NCBI GenBank assembly: GCA_029563245.1 | Contig: JAKQSG010000009.1 | Span: 1 to 33,508 of the forward strand | Length of the DNA stretch: 33,508 nt | Source of the DNA: Candidatus Omnitrophota bacterium | GTDB lineage: Bacteria > Omnitrophota > Gorgyraeia > Gygaellales > Profunditerraquicolaceae | Direction of reading: 5' to 3' | Part shown: positions 8,748-17,296 of the stretch, one piece after another | Numbering within the stretch: the first letter of the stretch is position 1 | How the letters are laid out: every line of letters starts with the position of its first letter | Notes under the pieces: model-generated | The model's database searches: none | What the model saw: the letters and a program-made list of their open reading frames with translations, nothing else | What the model was told of the DNA's origin: nothing | Position numbers and translations under genes: made by a program

Positions 8748-9803
8748 ATGAAAGGGTATTTTTATAGTATAGTAACAGACAGGCAGAAAGGGGCCTTGGC
8801 GGAATTGATAAAGCCTTTCCTTTTTATTCTCTCCCTGATTTACGGTATTATCATACGCGTTTTAATCTCCTGTTCTTCTTTTGATCAAAAGCGTTTTAAT
8901 TTAAGGATAATCAGTGTAGGTAATATTACCGTAGGCGGCACAGGTAAGACCTCCCTGGTTGAATTAATTTCCAGGTATCTTAAGGGACGTGGTAATTCCC
9001 TGGCCATTCTTACTCGCGGGTATAAGCGTAAAGGTCTTGACTACGCAGGAGATGAACCCAGGATGCTTGCTAAGAATCTGGAAGATACCCCGGTTATTAT
9101 TGACAAAAATAGAGCCCGTTCGGCAAGAAGGGCTGTAAGGGAATATAATTGTGATACAGCTATATTAGATGACGGTTTCCAGCAATGGCACATAAAGAAA
9201 GATTTAGATATAGTGGTGATCGATTCCCTTAACCCTTTTGGCAACAGGCATATGCTGCCGCGAGGTTTATTGCGTGAACCTTTAAGTTCCCTGAAGAGAG
9301 GGGATATTTTTGTCTTGAGCAAAACTAATTTTGTCAGCAGGGGGGATTTAGATAAAATCAGGCTTTCTTTGGTTAAATATAACCCCAGGGGATTAATCGT
9401 TGAATCTATCCACAAACCGGTCGGTTTTTATAATATAAAAGAGCCGGGTAAATTACTCAGCTTAGTCTGCCTTAAGAAAGAGAAAGTTGTCCTTTTGTCT
9501 GGCATTGGCGACCCAGTATCTTTTCTAAAGACGATCTCCGGCCTAGGGGTGGGGGTAGGGTTGGAATTGGTTTTTTCCGACCATCATTATTATACCGTTA
9601 GGGAGATAGAGGTAATTGCCGATAGGGCTAGAAGGAGCGGTTTAAAATTTATTGTTACTACGGAAAAAGATGCGGCAAGGATTTCTGAAGAGGCCATATC
9701 TATCCTGGGAGATCTTGAGATTCTTATCTTACGCATAGAATTGAAGATCGTAAAGAATGAAGAACCCTTTTTTAATCGATTACTTGGGCTGTATTCTCTT
9801 TAA
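8748..9803 (+). CDS. lpxK: Tetraacyldisaccharide 4'-kinase
   Basis: ISVGNITVGGTGKT, LTRGY, GDEP, LDDGFQ, LPRGLLREP, FSDHH and TTEKD motifs. Confidence 0.95.
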   Translation: MKGYFYSIVTDRQKGALAELIKPFLFILSLIYGIIIRVLISCSSFDQKRFNLRIISVGNITVGGTGKTSLVELISRYLKGRGNSLAILTRGYKRKGLDYAGDEPRMLAKNLEDTPVIIDKNRARSARRAVREYNCDTAILDDGFQQWHIKKDLDIVVIDSLNPFGNRHMLPRGLLREPLSSLKRGDIFVLSKTNFVSRGDLDKIRLSLVKYNPRGLIVESIHKPVGFYNIKEPGKLLSLVCLKKEKVVLLSGIGDPVSFLKTISGLGVGVGLELVFSDHHYYTVREIEVIADRARRSGLKFIVTTEKDAARISEEAISILGDLEILILRIELKIVKNEEPFFNRLLGLYSL

Positions 9804-11664
9804 GGTATTTGGTCCGTTTCTCAGGGCAATGCCTTTAAATTTAAGCTTCTTTTTAGGGAGGCGTCTAGGCGATTTCTTCTATTATTTTGATTCTAAACAT
9901 AAGGCAATAGCATATGCCAATATTAAGAAGGTTTTTGGTTCTATCGCTTCTCCTGCCGGGCTCTCCCGTTTGACGCGAGATTTTTACCAATCTTTCGGGC
10001 AAAGTATCATCGAGGTATTTTTAATCCCCTTAATCGACCAAGATTACATAGATAAGTATATTACTATTGAAGGCAAGGAGAGGGTATTAGAGGCTTTTAA
10101 GAAGAAAAAAGGGGTAATACTTGTTTCTGTCCATGCCGGTAGCTGGGAGCTGGCCAATATTATCAGTTCTAATCTTGGTTTCCCTTTTTCTATGTTTATA
10201 AGACAGCAGGGTTTGCCCAGGCTTAATAAGCTGCTTAATGGCTATCGTAAGCAGAGGGGCTGCCGTATTATAAGCCGCGAAGGAGGCCTGAAAGAGGCTA
10301 TCGAGGCCTTGAATAATAACGAGGCAATTGGCATGACCGTTGACCAGGGCGGGAGTACAGGTTTATTAATTGATTTCTTTGGGTTTCCAGCCTCTATCCC
10401 TAAGGGAGCAGTGAAGCTGGCCTTAAGGCATAAGGCTGTTTTAATCCCCATATTTTTTGCGCGTATTAACGGGCCTAAAATCAAGGTTTGGTCAGGCGAA
10501 GAGATCTCATTATCGGGAAGCCAGGATGAAAGCGTTGATATAAGGAGTATTTTGCGTAAGGCCATCGCTATATTCGAAAACTTTATTTTTAATAATCCGA
10601 AAGAATACCTGTGGACTTATAAAATATGGAAACATTCAAATAAAAAAAAGATACTCATCTTAAACGACGGCAGGACAGGGCATTTGCGCCAGTCAGAGGC
10701 AGTAGCAAGGTTAGCGCAGGAGGTATTATCCAGGCAAGATATAGAATCAGAAGTTGAAATGGTAGAAGTAAGCTTTAAGAATAACTTTCGCAGAATTTTG
10801 TTAAATTTATTCCCTGTTTCTCTTGAAAAATCGCTTTCTCCCGATTCATTTAATAAAGTCTTTGGCATTTCCGCGGATATAATTATATCCGCCGGCTCTT
10901 CTCTCTCTGGTGTAAATTTTCTTCTTTCGCGGGATAATTTGAGCAAATCGATTGTTGTTATGCGCCCCGCTCTTTTAGGCCTAAATAAATTTAACCTTGT
11001 GATTGTCCCCCGTCATGACCTTCCGGCAAGAGGCAAGAATGTGGTTGTTACAGATGCTGCGCTTAATTTAATTGATGAAGAATCCATTGGTTTAGAGTCA
11101 AAGAAACTTTCCGCTAGTAAGGGTTTAAATAAAGGTCGCCTTTATATGGCAGTGCTAGTCGGAGGTAATAGTAAGCGCTTTAACCTCTCTCCAGTCTTAA
11201 TTCTCAGGCTTATGGAAGAATTAAAGTCCTTGAGCCGTAGTTTAAATGCTGATATCCTTCTTACTACCTCAAGGCGTACCCCCAAAGAGGCGGAAGAAAT
11301 TATTAAGAGGGAGCTAAAAGGTTTTGATGCCGTGAAACTAATGGTTATTGCCAATGAGGCAAATATTCCGGAGGCGGTAGGCGGCATGTTGGGCTTAAGC
11401 GATATTATTATTTCTACCCCCGAGAGCATCTCTATGATTTCAGAGGCAGTAAGCAGTAGGAAATATGTATTTGTTTTTAATGCCCCGGGATTAAGCTTAA
11501 AACATGAGCGTTTTTTGAAATATCTTGCGGAAAGAAAATATATCTATAGGGATGAAATTGGCAATCTGGGTAATATGATTAAAGGCGTTTGGGCGGCTAA
11601 GCCTGTTTTACCTTCTCTAAGGGATAGCCAGTTGGTTAGCCAGGCCTTAAATAAAATATTGTAG
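9757..11664 (+). CDS. Lipid A late acyltransferase (LpxL/HtrB family) fused to an ELM1/GtrOC1-like GT-B domain
   Basis: N-terminal ~290 aa has HAGSWE, VDQ, FFG and P.EYLW.YK.WK. C-terminal ~340 aa has NDGRTGHLRQS, LVGG, TTSRRTP and TPESISMISEA (ELM1 family pattern). Confidence 0.8.
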   Translation: MKNPFLIDYLGCILFKVFGPFLRAMPLNLSFFLGRRLGDFFYYFDSKHKAIAYANIKKVFGSIASPAGLSRLTRDFYQSFGQSIIEVFLIPLIDQDYIDKYITIEGKERVLEAFKKKKGVILVSVHAGSWELANIISSNLGFPFSMFIRQQGLPRLNKLLNGYRKQRGCRIISREGGLKEAIEALNNNEAIGMTVDQGGSTGLLIDFFGFPASIPKGAVKLALRHKAVLIPIFFARINGPKIKVWSGEEISLSGSQDESVDIRSILRKAIAIFENFIFNNPKEYLWTYKIWKHSNKKKILILNDGRTGHLRQSEAVARLAQEVLSRQDIESEVEMVEVSFKNNFRRILLNLFPVSLEKSLSPDSFNKVFGISADIIISAGSSLSGVNFLLSRDNLSKSIVVMRPALLGLNKFNLVIVPRHDLPARGKNVVVTDAALNLIDEESIGLESKKLSASKGLNKGRLYMAVLVGGNSKRFNLSPVLILRLMEELKSLSRSLNADILLTTSRRTPKEAEEIIKRELKGFDAVKLMVIANEANIPEAVGGMLGLSDIIISTPESISMISEAVSSRKYVFVFNAPGLSLKHERFLKYLAERKYIYRDEIGNLGNMIKGVWAAKPVLPSLRDSQLVSQALNKIL

Positions 11665-11682
11665 TAGTAAAGGAGATTTGGG

Positions 11683-13770
11683 TTGAATATACTTCAAATT
11701 CTACCGGAATTAAATGTTGGGGGGGTTGAAACTGGCACTTTAGATTTAGCCAGGCACCTTATCCGCCTAAATCATAAAGCGGTTGTAGTATCTGCCGGAG
11801 GGGTTTTGGTTAAAGACTTGGAGGAGTCCGGCGCCAAGCATTACCAGCTTTCGGTTAATAAGAAGTCGATATTATCAATGGCCAGGCTAGTCCCGCTTCT
11901 GCTCGATATTATTAAAAAAGAAAATATAGATATAGTGCATGCGCGCTCAAGGGTCCCTGCCTGGATAGCTTATTTTGCCTGTCGAAAAAGCCGGGCTATA
12001 TTTATTACTACCTGCCACGGTTATTATACAAAACATCCATTTAGTTATGTGATGGGATGGGGGAAGAGGGTGATTGTATTAAGCAATATTATAGCCCGTC
12101 ACATGATAGAAGATTTTTCTGTTCCTCACGAGAGGATACGTTTAATCCCGCGTAGCGTGGATCTGGATAAGTTTAAATATTTAAGCCCTGATAAAAAAAG
12201 AGGGAGAGAGTTTAATGTAGGGATTATCGGGAGGATAACTCCTCTTAAGGGGCACCTCTACTTTGTTAAGGCGATGGCAAAGGTTGCCAGGGCGATACCC
12301 TATCTAAAGATTTGGATTGTTGGGGATGCTTCTGCATCCCGCCAGGCATATAAAGAAGAAATACAGGTCTTGGTAAAAAGGCTTGGGTTGACCCATTGCA
12401 CCGAGTTTTTAGGTACGCAAAAAAATATCCCTGAAATTCTCTCTCATTTAGACCTCCTGGTTTTGGCTACTACTACCCATGAAGCATTCGGCAGGGTAAT
12501 TATTGAGGCCCAGGCAGCGGGAGTCCCGGTTGTGGCTACAGAAGTAGGCGGAGTCGTAGATATTATCGAAAATAATAAAAACGGGCTTCTTGTCCCTCCT
12601 GCTGACCCTGATACTATGGCTGAAGCAGCCATAAGGATATTCAAAGATCCTCAACTGGCTCTTTCTTTGTCCCAAGCAGCTATAGACACGGTAAAGGAGA
12701 AGTACAATATCTCTCTGATGGTTGAGAATACACTTAAGGTTTATGAGGAGGCTTCCAGTAAATTCAGCCTTTTAATTATCAAATTAAGTTCCCTGGGAGA
12801 TATTATCTTGTCTACCCCAGCCTTAAGGGAGATACGAAGAAAATTCCCCCATCATAAAATCAGTTTATTAGTGGGGGAAGAGTCTAAAGACTTGCTCTTT
12901 AAATGTCCGTATATAGACGAGCTACTGGTAGCGGATTTTAAAAACAGGGACAAAGGTCTAAGTGGGCTCTTGGGTATCGCTAGGGGGTTAAGAAGGAAGG
13001 GCTTTGATTTGGTTATTGATCTTCAGAATAACCGTATAAGCCACATACTTTCTTTTCTCTCCCTAAGCCTCAATAGGTATGGTTATGATAATAAGAAGCT
13101 GGGTTTTTTGCTTAACCACCGGATTAAAGATAATAAACCAAAGATAGGCCCGATTGAACATCAGTTTAAGGTGCTTAAACTTTTAGGGATAGACTTAAAG
13201 GATAACCGCTTGGAGCTATGGCCCTCAAAAAGCGACGAGGAGTATGTAGAAAAACTATTAAATACCCAATGGTTAAGCCAGGAACAGATAATTATCGGGA
13301 TAAATATCAGTGCAAGCAAGCGGTGGGCCACTAAATGTTGGCCTAAGGAATACATAGTTAAGCTTTGCGATGAGCTGGGTTTAAGGAATATGCGGGTGGT
13401 AATGACCGGTACCGAAGATGACCTGCCCGCGGCAAGTATGCTTGTCAATACTGCCAAAAATACCAAGATAATTAATGCCTGCGGTAAGACTACTATTAAT
13501 CAGTTGGCTGCTTTAATTAAGCGCTGCGCAGTCTTTATATCTGCTGATTCTTCGCCATTGCATATTGCTGCTGCGGTAAATACTCCGGTAATCGCATTTT
13601 TCGGTCCGACGGATCCGTTAAGGCATATGCCTCCGGCTAAAGATTATGTTCTTATCCGCAAGGAATTATCCTGCAGCCCTTGTTATAAGGCAAAATGTAA
13701 ACATGGTAAATGTATGAATTCAATAACCGTAGAAGAGGTTATTCGGGGAATAGAGAAGCTTTTAAAATGA
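11683..13770 (+). CDS. GT4 glycosyltransferase fused to a GT9 heptosyltransferase (WaaF-like)
   Basis: N half: GGVE, HARSR, TCHG, EAFGRVIIE (EX7E). C half: IIKLSSLGDIIL, DLQ, ADSSPLHIAAA, FFGPT and a Cys4 tail. TTG start preceded by SD AAGGAG. Confidence 0.88.
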   Translation: MNILQILPELNVGGVETGTLDLARHLIRLNHKAVVVSAGGVLVKDLEESGAKHYQLSVNKKSILSMARLVPLLLDIIKKENIDIVHARSRVPAWIAYFACRKSRAIFITTCHGYYTKHPFSYVMGWGKRVIVLSNIIARHMIEDFSVPHERIRLIPRSVDLDKFKYLSPDKKRGREFNVGIIGRITPLKGHLYFVKAMAKVARAIPYLKIWIVGDASASRQAYKEEIQVLVKRLGLTHCTEFLGTQKNIPEILSHLDLLVLATTTHEAFGRVIIEAQAAGVPVVATEVGGVVDIIENNKNGLLVPPADPDTMAEAAIRIFKDPQLALSLSQAAIDTVKEKYNISLMVENTLKVYEEASSKFSLLIIKLSSLGDIILSTPALREIRRKFPHHKISLLVGEESKDLLFKCPYIDELLVADFKNRDKGLSGLLGIARGLRRKGFDLVIDLQNNRISHILSFLSLSLNRYGYDNKKLGFLLNHRIKDNKPKIGPIEHQFKVLKLLGIDLKDNRLELWPSKSDEEYVEKLLNTQWLSQEQIIIGINISASKRWATKCWPKEYIVKLCDELGLRNMRVVMTGTEDDLPAASMLVNTAKNTKIINACGKTTINQLAALIKRCAVFISADSSPLHIAAAVNTPVIAFFGPTDPLRHMPPAKDYVLIRKELSCSPCYKAKCKHGKCMNSITVEEVIRGIEKLLK

Positions 13771-14867
13771 AGATAATGCACTTGATAAATCATCTTAATA
13801 TAGGCGGTATCGGAAGCTATGCCTTGAATTTATCAGCAGGTTTAATAAAGAAAGGCCACCGGTTATTTATCGCTTCTTCCGGAGGAGAATTGCTGGGAGA
13901 ATTTAACAGGCTTGGCGTAGAGCCCATTCGGGTTTCCTTAAATACAAAGAATGAGTTAAGCCCGAAGATCGTATTAAGCCTAATTAAATTATATAAAGCA
14001 GTAAGGGAGAATAAGATTGATATACTGCATTCCCATAGCCGGACTACACAGGTATTGGGTTGTCTATTGCAGAGGTTTACAGGCGTAAAGCATGTTTTTA
14101 CCTGCCATGGTTTCTTCAAAAGGCGTTTTTCACGCAGGGTTTTTCCCTGTTGGCCGGATAAGATTATTGCTATAAGCGACCAAGTCAGAGAACATCTAAT
14201 TAATGATTTTAAATTAAGTCCGCAGAGGATAGATTTAGTCTATAATGGTATTGATATGGATAAGTTTAGCCCGCCATCTTTTGAAAACAGGCAAAAGGCC
14301 AAACTGAAAATAGGGCTGGGGTCTGGGCCAGTAGTGGGAATTTTAGCGCGTCTATCCGATGTAAAAGGGCACAGGTATCTTATCGAAGCAATGAAGGATA
14401 TCCTGCCGATTTATCCTCAGGCTCGATTGCTTATTGCAGGAGAGGGGAAGATGGAGAAAGAGTTAAGAAAACTCACCGAAGATTTCGGCATCAAAGCGAA
14501 TGTTATATTCGTAACCAATACCATAGATACCAGAGAGGTTCTTTCTGCCATAGACTTTTTTGTGATGCCTTCACTCAATGAGGGGTTAGGAATGGCGTTG
14601 ATGGAGGCGATGAGTATGGGGCTTACGGTTATAGGCTCTAGCGTAGGAGGGATAAAGACTTTAATCAAGGATAAAGAAAATGGTTTGTTGGTTAATCCGA
14701 AAGATCCCCGCGGCATTTCTCAGGCTATTATTAGTTTAATCTCTGATTCCAAGAAGGCCCTTGACCTGGGGAGGAATGCGCATAAGTATATGGTGAATAA
14801 TTTCTCTCGAGATAAGATGGTTTTTAACACAGAGCAAATATACTTGCGATGCCTGCAGGGTAACTAA
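13767..14867 (+). CDS. GT4 family glycosyltransferase
   Basis: MKIMHL...GGI, HSHSR, TCHG, YNGID, KGH and EGLGMALME (EX7E). ATG 13767 overlaps the upstream TGA (ATGA). Confidence 0.9.
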   Translation: MKIMHLINHLNIGGIGSYALNLSAGLIKKGHRLFIASSGGELLGEFNRLGVEPIRVSLNTKNELSPKIVLSLIKLYKAVRENKIDILHSHSRTTQVLGCLLQRFTGVKHVFTCHGFFKRRFSRRVFPCWPDKIIAISDQVREHLINDFKLSPQRIDLVYNGIDMDKFSPPSFENRQKAKLKIGLGSGPVVGILARLSDVKGHRYLIEAMKDILPIYPQARLLIAGEGKMEKELRKLTEDFGIKANVIFVTNTIDTREVLSAIDFFVMPSLNEGLGMALMEAMSMGLTVIGSSVGGIKTLIKDKENGLLVNPKDPRGISQAIISLISDSKKALDLGRNAHKYMVNNFSRDKMVFNTEQIYLRCLQGN

Positions 14868-14883
14868 AGGACTAAATTTACCA

Positions 14884-15906
14884 ATGAAGGATTCAGGGAA
14901 CAAGAGAGTATTGATTTTCAATGTTAACTGGTTAGGGGACGTTTTGTTTTCTACCGCCGCCATCAGGAATATCCGGCGTAATTTCCCGCATAGCTTTATC
15001 TCCTGTATCGTACCTAGCAGATGTTACCCTATATTAAAGGGTAATCCTAATTTAGACGAGATTCTTATCTTCGACGAAAAGGACAGGCATAAGGGGATAT
15101 TCCAGCGTTTTGAATTTGTCCGTACCTTAAGAATGAGAGATTTTGATATTGTTTTTCTTTTGCACCGGTCTTTCAGCCGGGCGCTTATGTGCCGGTTAGC
15201 CGGTATCCCCGAGAGGATAGGCCATTACACCAGGAAAAGAGGGTTTTTATTAACTAAGAAGATTATCCCCCCGCACAGGGATTCTCTTCACCGCATAGAT
15301 TATTATCTGGATATTATTGAAAGGGCAGGTTTTAAAGTAGAAGACAGATATACGGAATTCTTTTATAGCGATAGCGATGAAAAGCGCGTGAAGGAGTATT
15401 TAAAGGCCAATCTGGTAAAAGAAGATGATTCTATAGTTGTTATAAACCCTGGTGGCAACTGGCTCTCTAAGCGTTGGCCCAAAGAGTTTTGGTCTCATGT
15501 ATGCGATAGGTTGGCAGAAGAGCTTGAGGCAAAGATTGTCATAACAGGCGGGCATAATGATTTATCACTGGCAGGACAGATTAAAGATAGGATGAAGGCT
15601 AAGCCTATAATTGCCTGCGGAGTATTTAACATAAAGCAACTTGCGGCTTTATCTAAGCAGTCCAGTGTTTTTATTACGGCTGATACCGGCCCTCTTCATA
15701 TAGCAAACAGCGTAGGCGCGAAAAGAATAATTGCTATTTTCGGTCCGACCTCCCCCCAGATTACCGGTCCGTACCCGTCAAAGAATGTGGTAATATTACA
15801 AAAGGATGTAGGATGTAAGATCCCCTGCTACGAATTAAAGTGCAGGGATAACCGCTGTATGAAGGCGGTTACTCCGGATGATGTAGTTAGGGCAGTAGTC
15901 TCCTAG
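14884..15906 (+). CDS. waaF: LPS heptosyltransferase II-like (GT9)
   Basis: NWLGDVLF, NPGG.W.SKRWP, TADTGPLHIA, IFGPT and a Cys4 tail. GT9 family is secure; WaaF specificity is less so. Confidence 0.75.
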   Translation: MKDSGNKRVLIFNVNWLGDVLFSTAAIRNIRRNFPHSFISCIVPSRCYPILKGNPNLDEILIFDEKDRHKGIFQRFEFVRTLRMRDFDIVFLLHRSFSRALMCRLAGIPERIGHYTRKRGFLLTKKIIPPHRDSLHRIDYYLDIIERAGFKVEDRYTEFFYSDSDEKRVKEYLKANLVKEDDSIVVINPGGNWLSKRWPKEFWSHVCDRLAEELEAKIVITGGHNDLSLAGQIKDRMKAKPIIACGVFNIKQLAALSKQSSVFITADTGPLHIANSVGAKRIIAIFGPTSPQITGPYPSKNVVILQKDVGCKIPCYELKCRDNRCMKAVTPDDVVRAVVS

Positions 15907-15909
15907 GAG

Positions 15910-16064
15910 ATGATGGGAGAAAAGATACTTTTTACCAACTTTAGGAATATCGGCGATTGTATTTTTTGCTGTCTTTAGGCGCCTTCAGGTGTGTTTTTCC
16001 TATAGGAGAGAAAATAGATCAGTCCGCAAGGCTAGAAATCAGCAACGATAGCGAGGTTATACGT
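15910..16064 (+). pseudogene. Frameshifted, internally deleted remnant of a GT9 N-terminus
   Basis: ATG 15910/15913 after AGGAG reads MMGEKILFTNFRNIGDCIFCCL* (stop 15976-15978). It continues in the -1 frame as LLSLGAFRCVFP across a T6 run at 15962-15967. Confidence 0.5.
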
Positions 16065-17189
16065 ATGGCCAACCATCTGGAGAGTTTTTTAAGCGCGGCA
16101 AGAAGAGTCCTGCGTCCTGGAGAAAGTCGGGGATTAGGTTTTGTTTTACCCCATGAATACAAAAGAATACTGGTTGTGCGCACGGACAGAATTGGGGATG
16201 TGGTTTTGTCTACCCCAGTCATTAAAGTTCTGCGGGATAATTATCCGCATGCCTTTATCGCGATGATGGTTTCCCCTCATTCTAAAGAGATTGTGGAAGG
16301 GAATCCTTATCTTGATGAAGTAGTGCTTTATGATAAAGACGCTAAAGAAAAGGGGTGGCTTTCTTCTATTAAGTTCTCACGGAAATTGAATAAAAGCAAG
16401 TTCGATATAGCAATAATCCTGCATCCGACTAACCGGGTTCATCTGATATCGTATTTAGCCGGCATCCCTAAAAGGATAGGTTATGATAGAAAGATGGGCT
16501 TTCTTTTAACCGATAAATTCAGCCATACAAAGCAGTTAGGCCAGAAACATGAATTAGAATATAACCTAGATTTATTGGAGAATTTAGGGCTGAGGATAGA
16601 TGATAAGAAGCTTTTTATGCCTATAAGGTCTGCCTCTGAAGAATGGGCGGAAGATTTTTTTAAATCGCAGGGGATTAATAATGCCGATAAGCTCCTACTT
16701 ATTAATCCTGCGGCAAGTTGTCCTTCAAAGATTTGGCCTTCAGATCGTTTTGCGCAGGTAGCAGAGAGGTTGGCCCAAAGATACGGCCTAAAGGTTATAA
16801 TCGTCTGTGGGCCTAAGGATGTTTTTATTGCTGAGAAGGTTATTGCTCAGATGAAGATTCCTGCCTATTCCTTGGCGGGTAAGGTTTCGCTTTCTCAACT
16901 GGCCAGCCTGTTGAAGAGGTCCGCTTTATTTATCTCGAATGATTCCGGGCCAGTGCATATCGCTTCGGCTTTGGGGGTTGCGGTAATCTCTATTTTCGGT
17001 AGAAAACAGAAAGGTTTAAGCCCTAAGCGCTGGGGGCCGATAGGTATTAGGGGCAAGGCATTGCATAAAGATGTGGGTTGTATTAATTGCCTGGCCCATA
17101 ATTGCAAGAAGGAGTTTGCCTGCCTTAAGGCAATTACCGTAGAAGATGTATTAGGGGCTGCGGACAACTTATTGAGATGCGGGGTTTAA
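16065..17189 (+). CDS. GT9 family LPS heptosyltransferase (start uncertain; frame open from 15957)
   Basis: KRILVVRTDRIGDVVLSTP, NPYLDEV, SKIWP, SNDSGPVHIA and a Cys4 tail. GAGG lies 8 nt before ATG 16065. Confidence 0.85.
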   Translation: MANHLESFLSAARRVLRPGESRGLGFVLPHEYKRILVVRTDRIGDVVLSTPVIKVLRDNYPHAFIAMMVSPHSKEIVEGNPYLDEVVLYDKDAKEKGWLSSIKFSRKLNKSKFDIAIILHPTNRVHLISYLAGIPKRIGYDRKMGFLLTDKFSHTKQLGQKHELEYNLDLLENLGLRIDDKKLFMPIRSASEEWAEDFFKSQGINNADKLLLINPAASCPSKIWPSDRFAQVAERLAQRYGLKVIIVCGPKDVFIAEKVIAQMKIPAYSLAGKVSLSQLASLLKRSALFISNDSGPVHIASALGVAVISIFGRKQKGLSPKRWGPIGIRGKALHKDVGCINCLAHNCKKEFACLKAITVEDVLGAADNLLRCGV

Positions 17190-17220
17190 GAACGCCGTAT
17201 TTCTTTTGCCCTTTTTATAG

Positions 17221-17248
17221 TTGATTTAGTTTATAATTATGCTAAAAT
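17221..17248 (+). promoter_or_regulatory. Putative sigma70-type promoter for the hldE-kds-lpt block
   Basis: TTGATT (17221-17226), 16 nt spacer, TG-c-TAAAAT (17243-17248). An additional TATAAT lies at 17232-17237. Confidence 0.45.
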
Positions 17249-17296
17249 TATTACTTCAAAGTGCTTAAGGCGGTTAAATAAAATTTCCCATAAAAT

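Noticed and set aside
14775-14802. dif-like AATGCGCATAAGTATAT resembling the XerC arm
   Set aside because: Lies inside a GT4 coding region and the XerD arm does not match.
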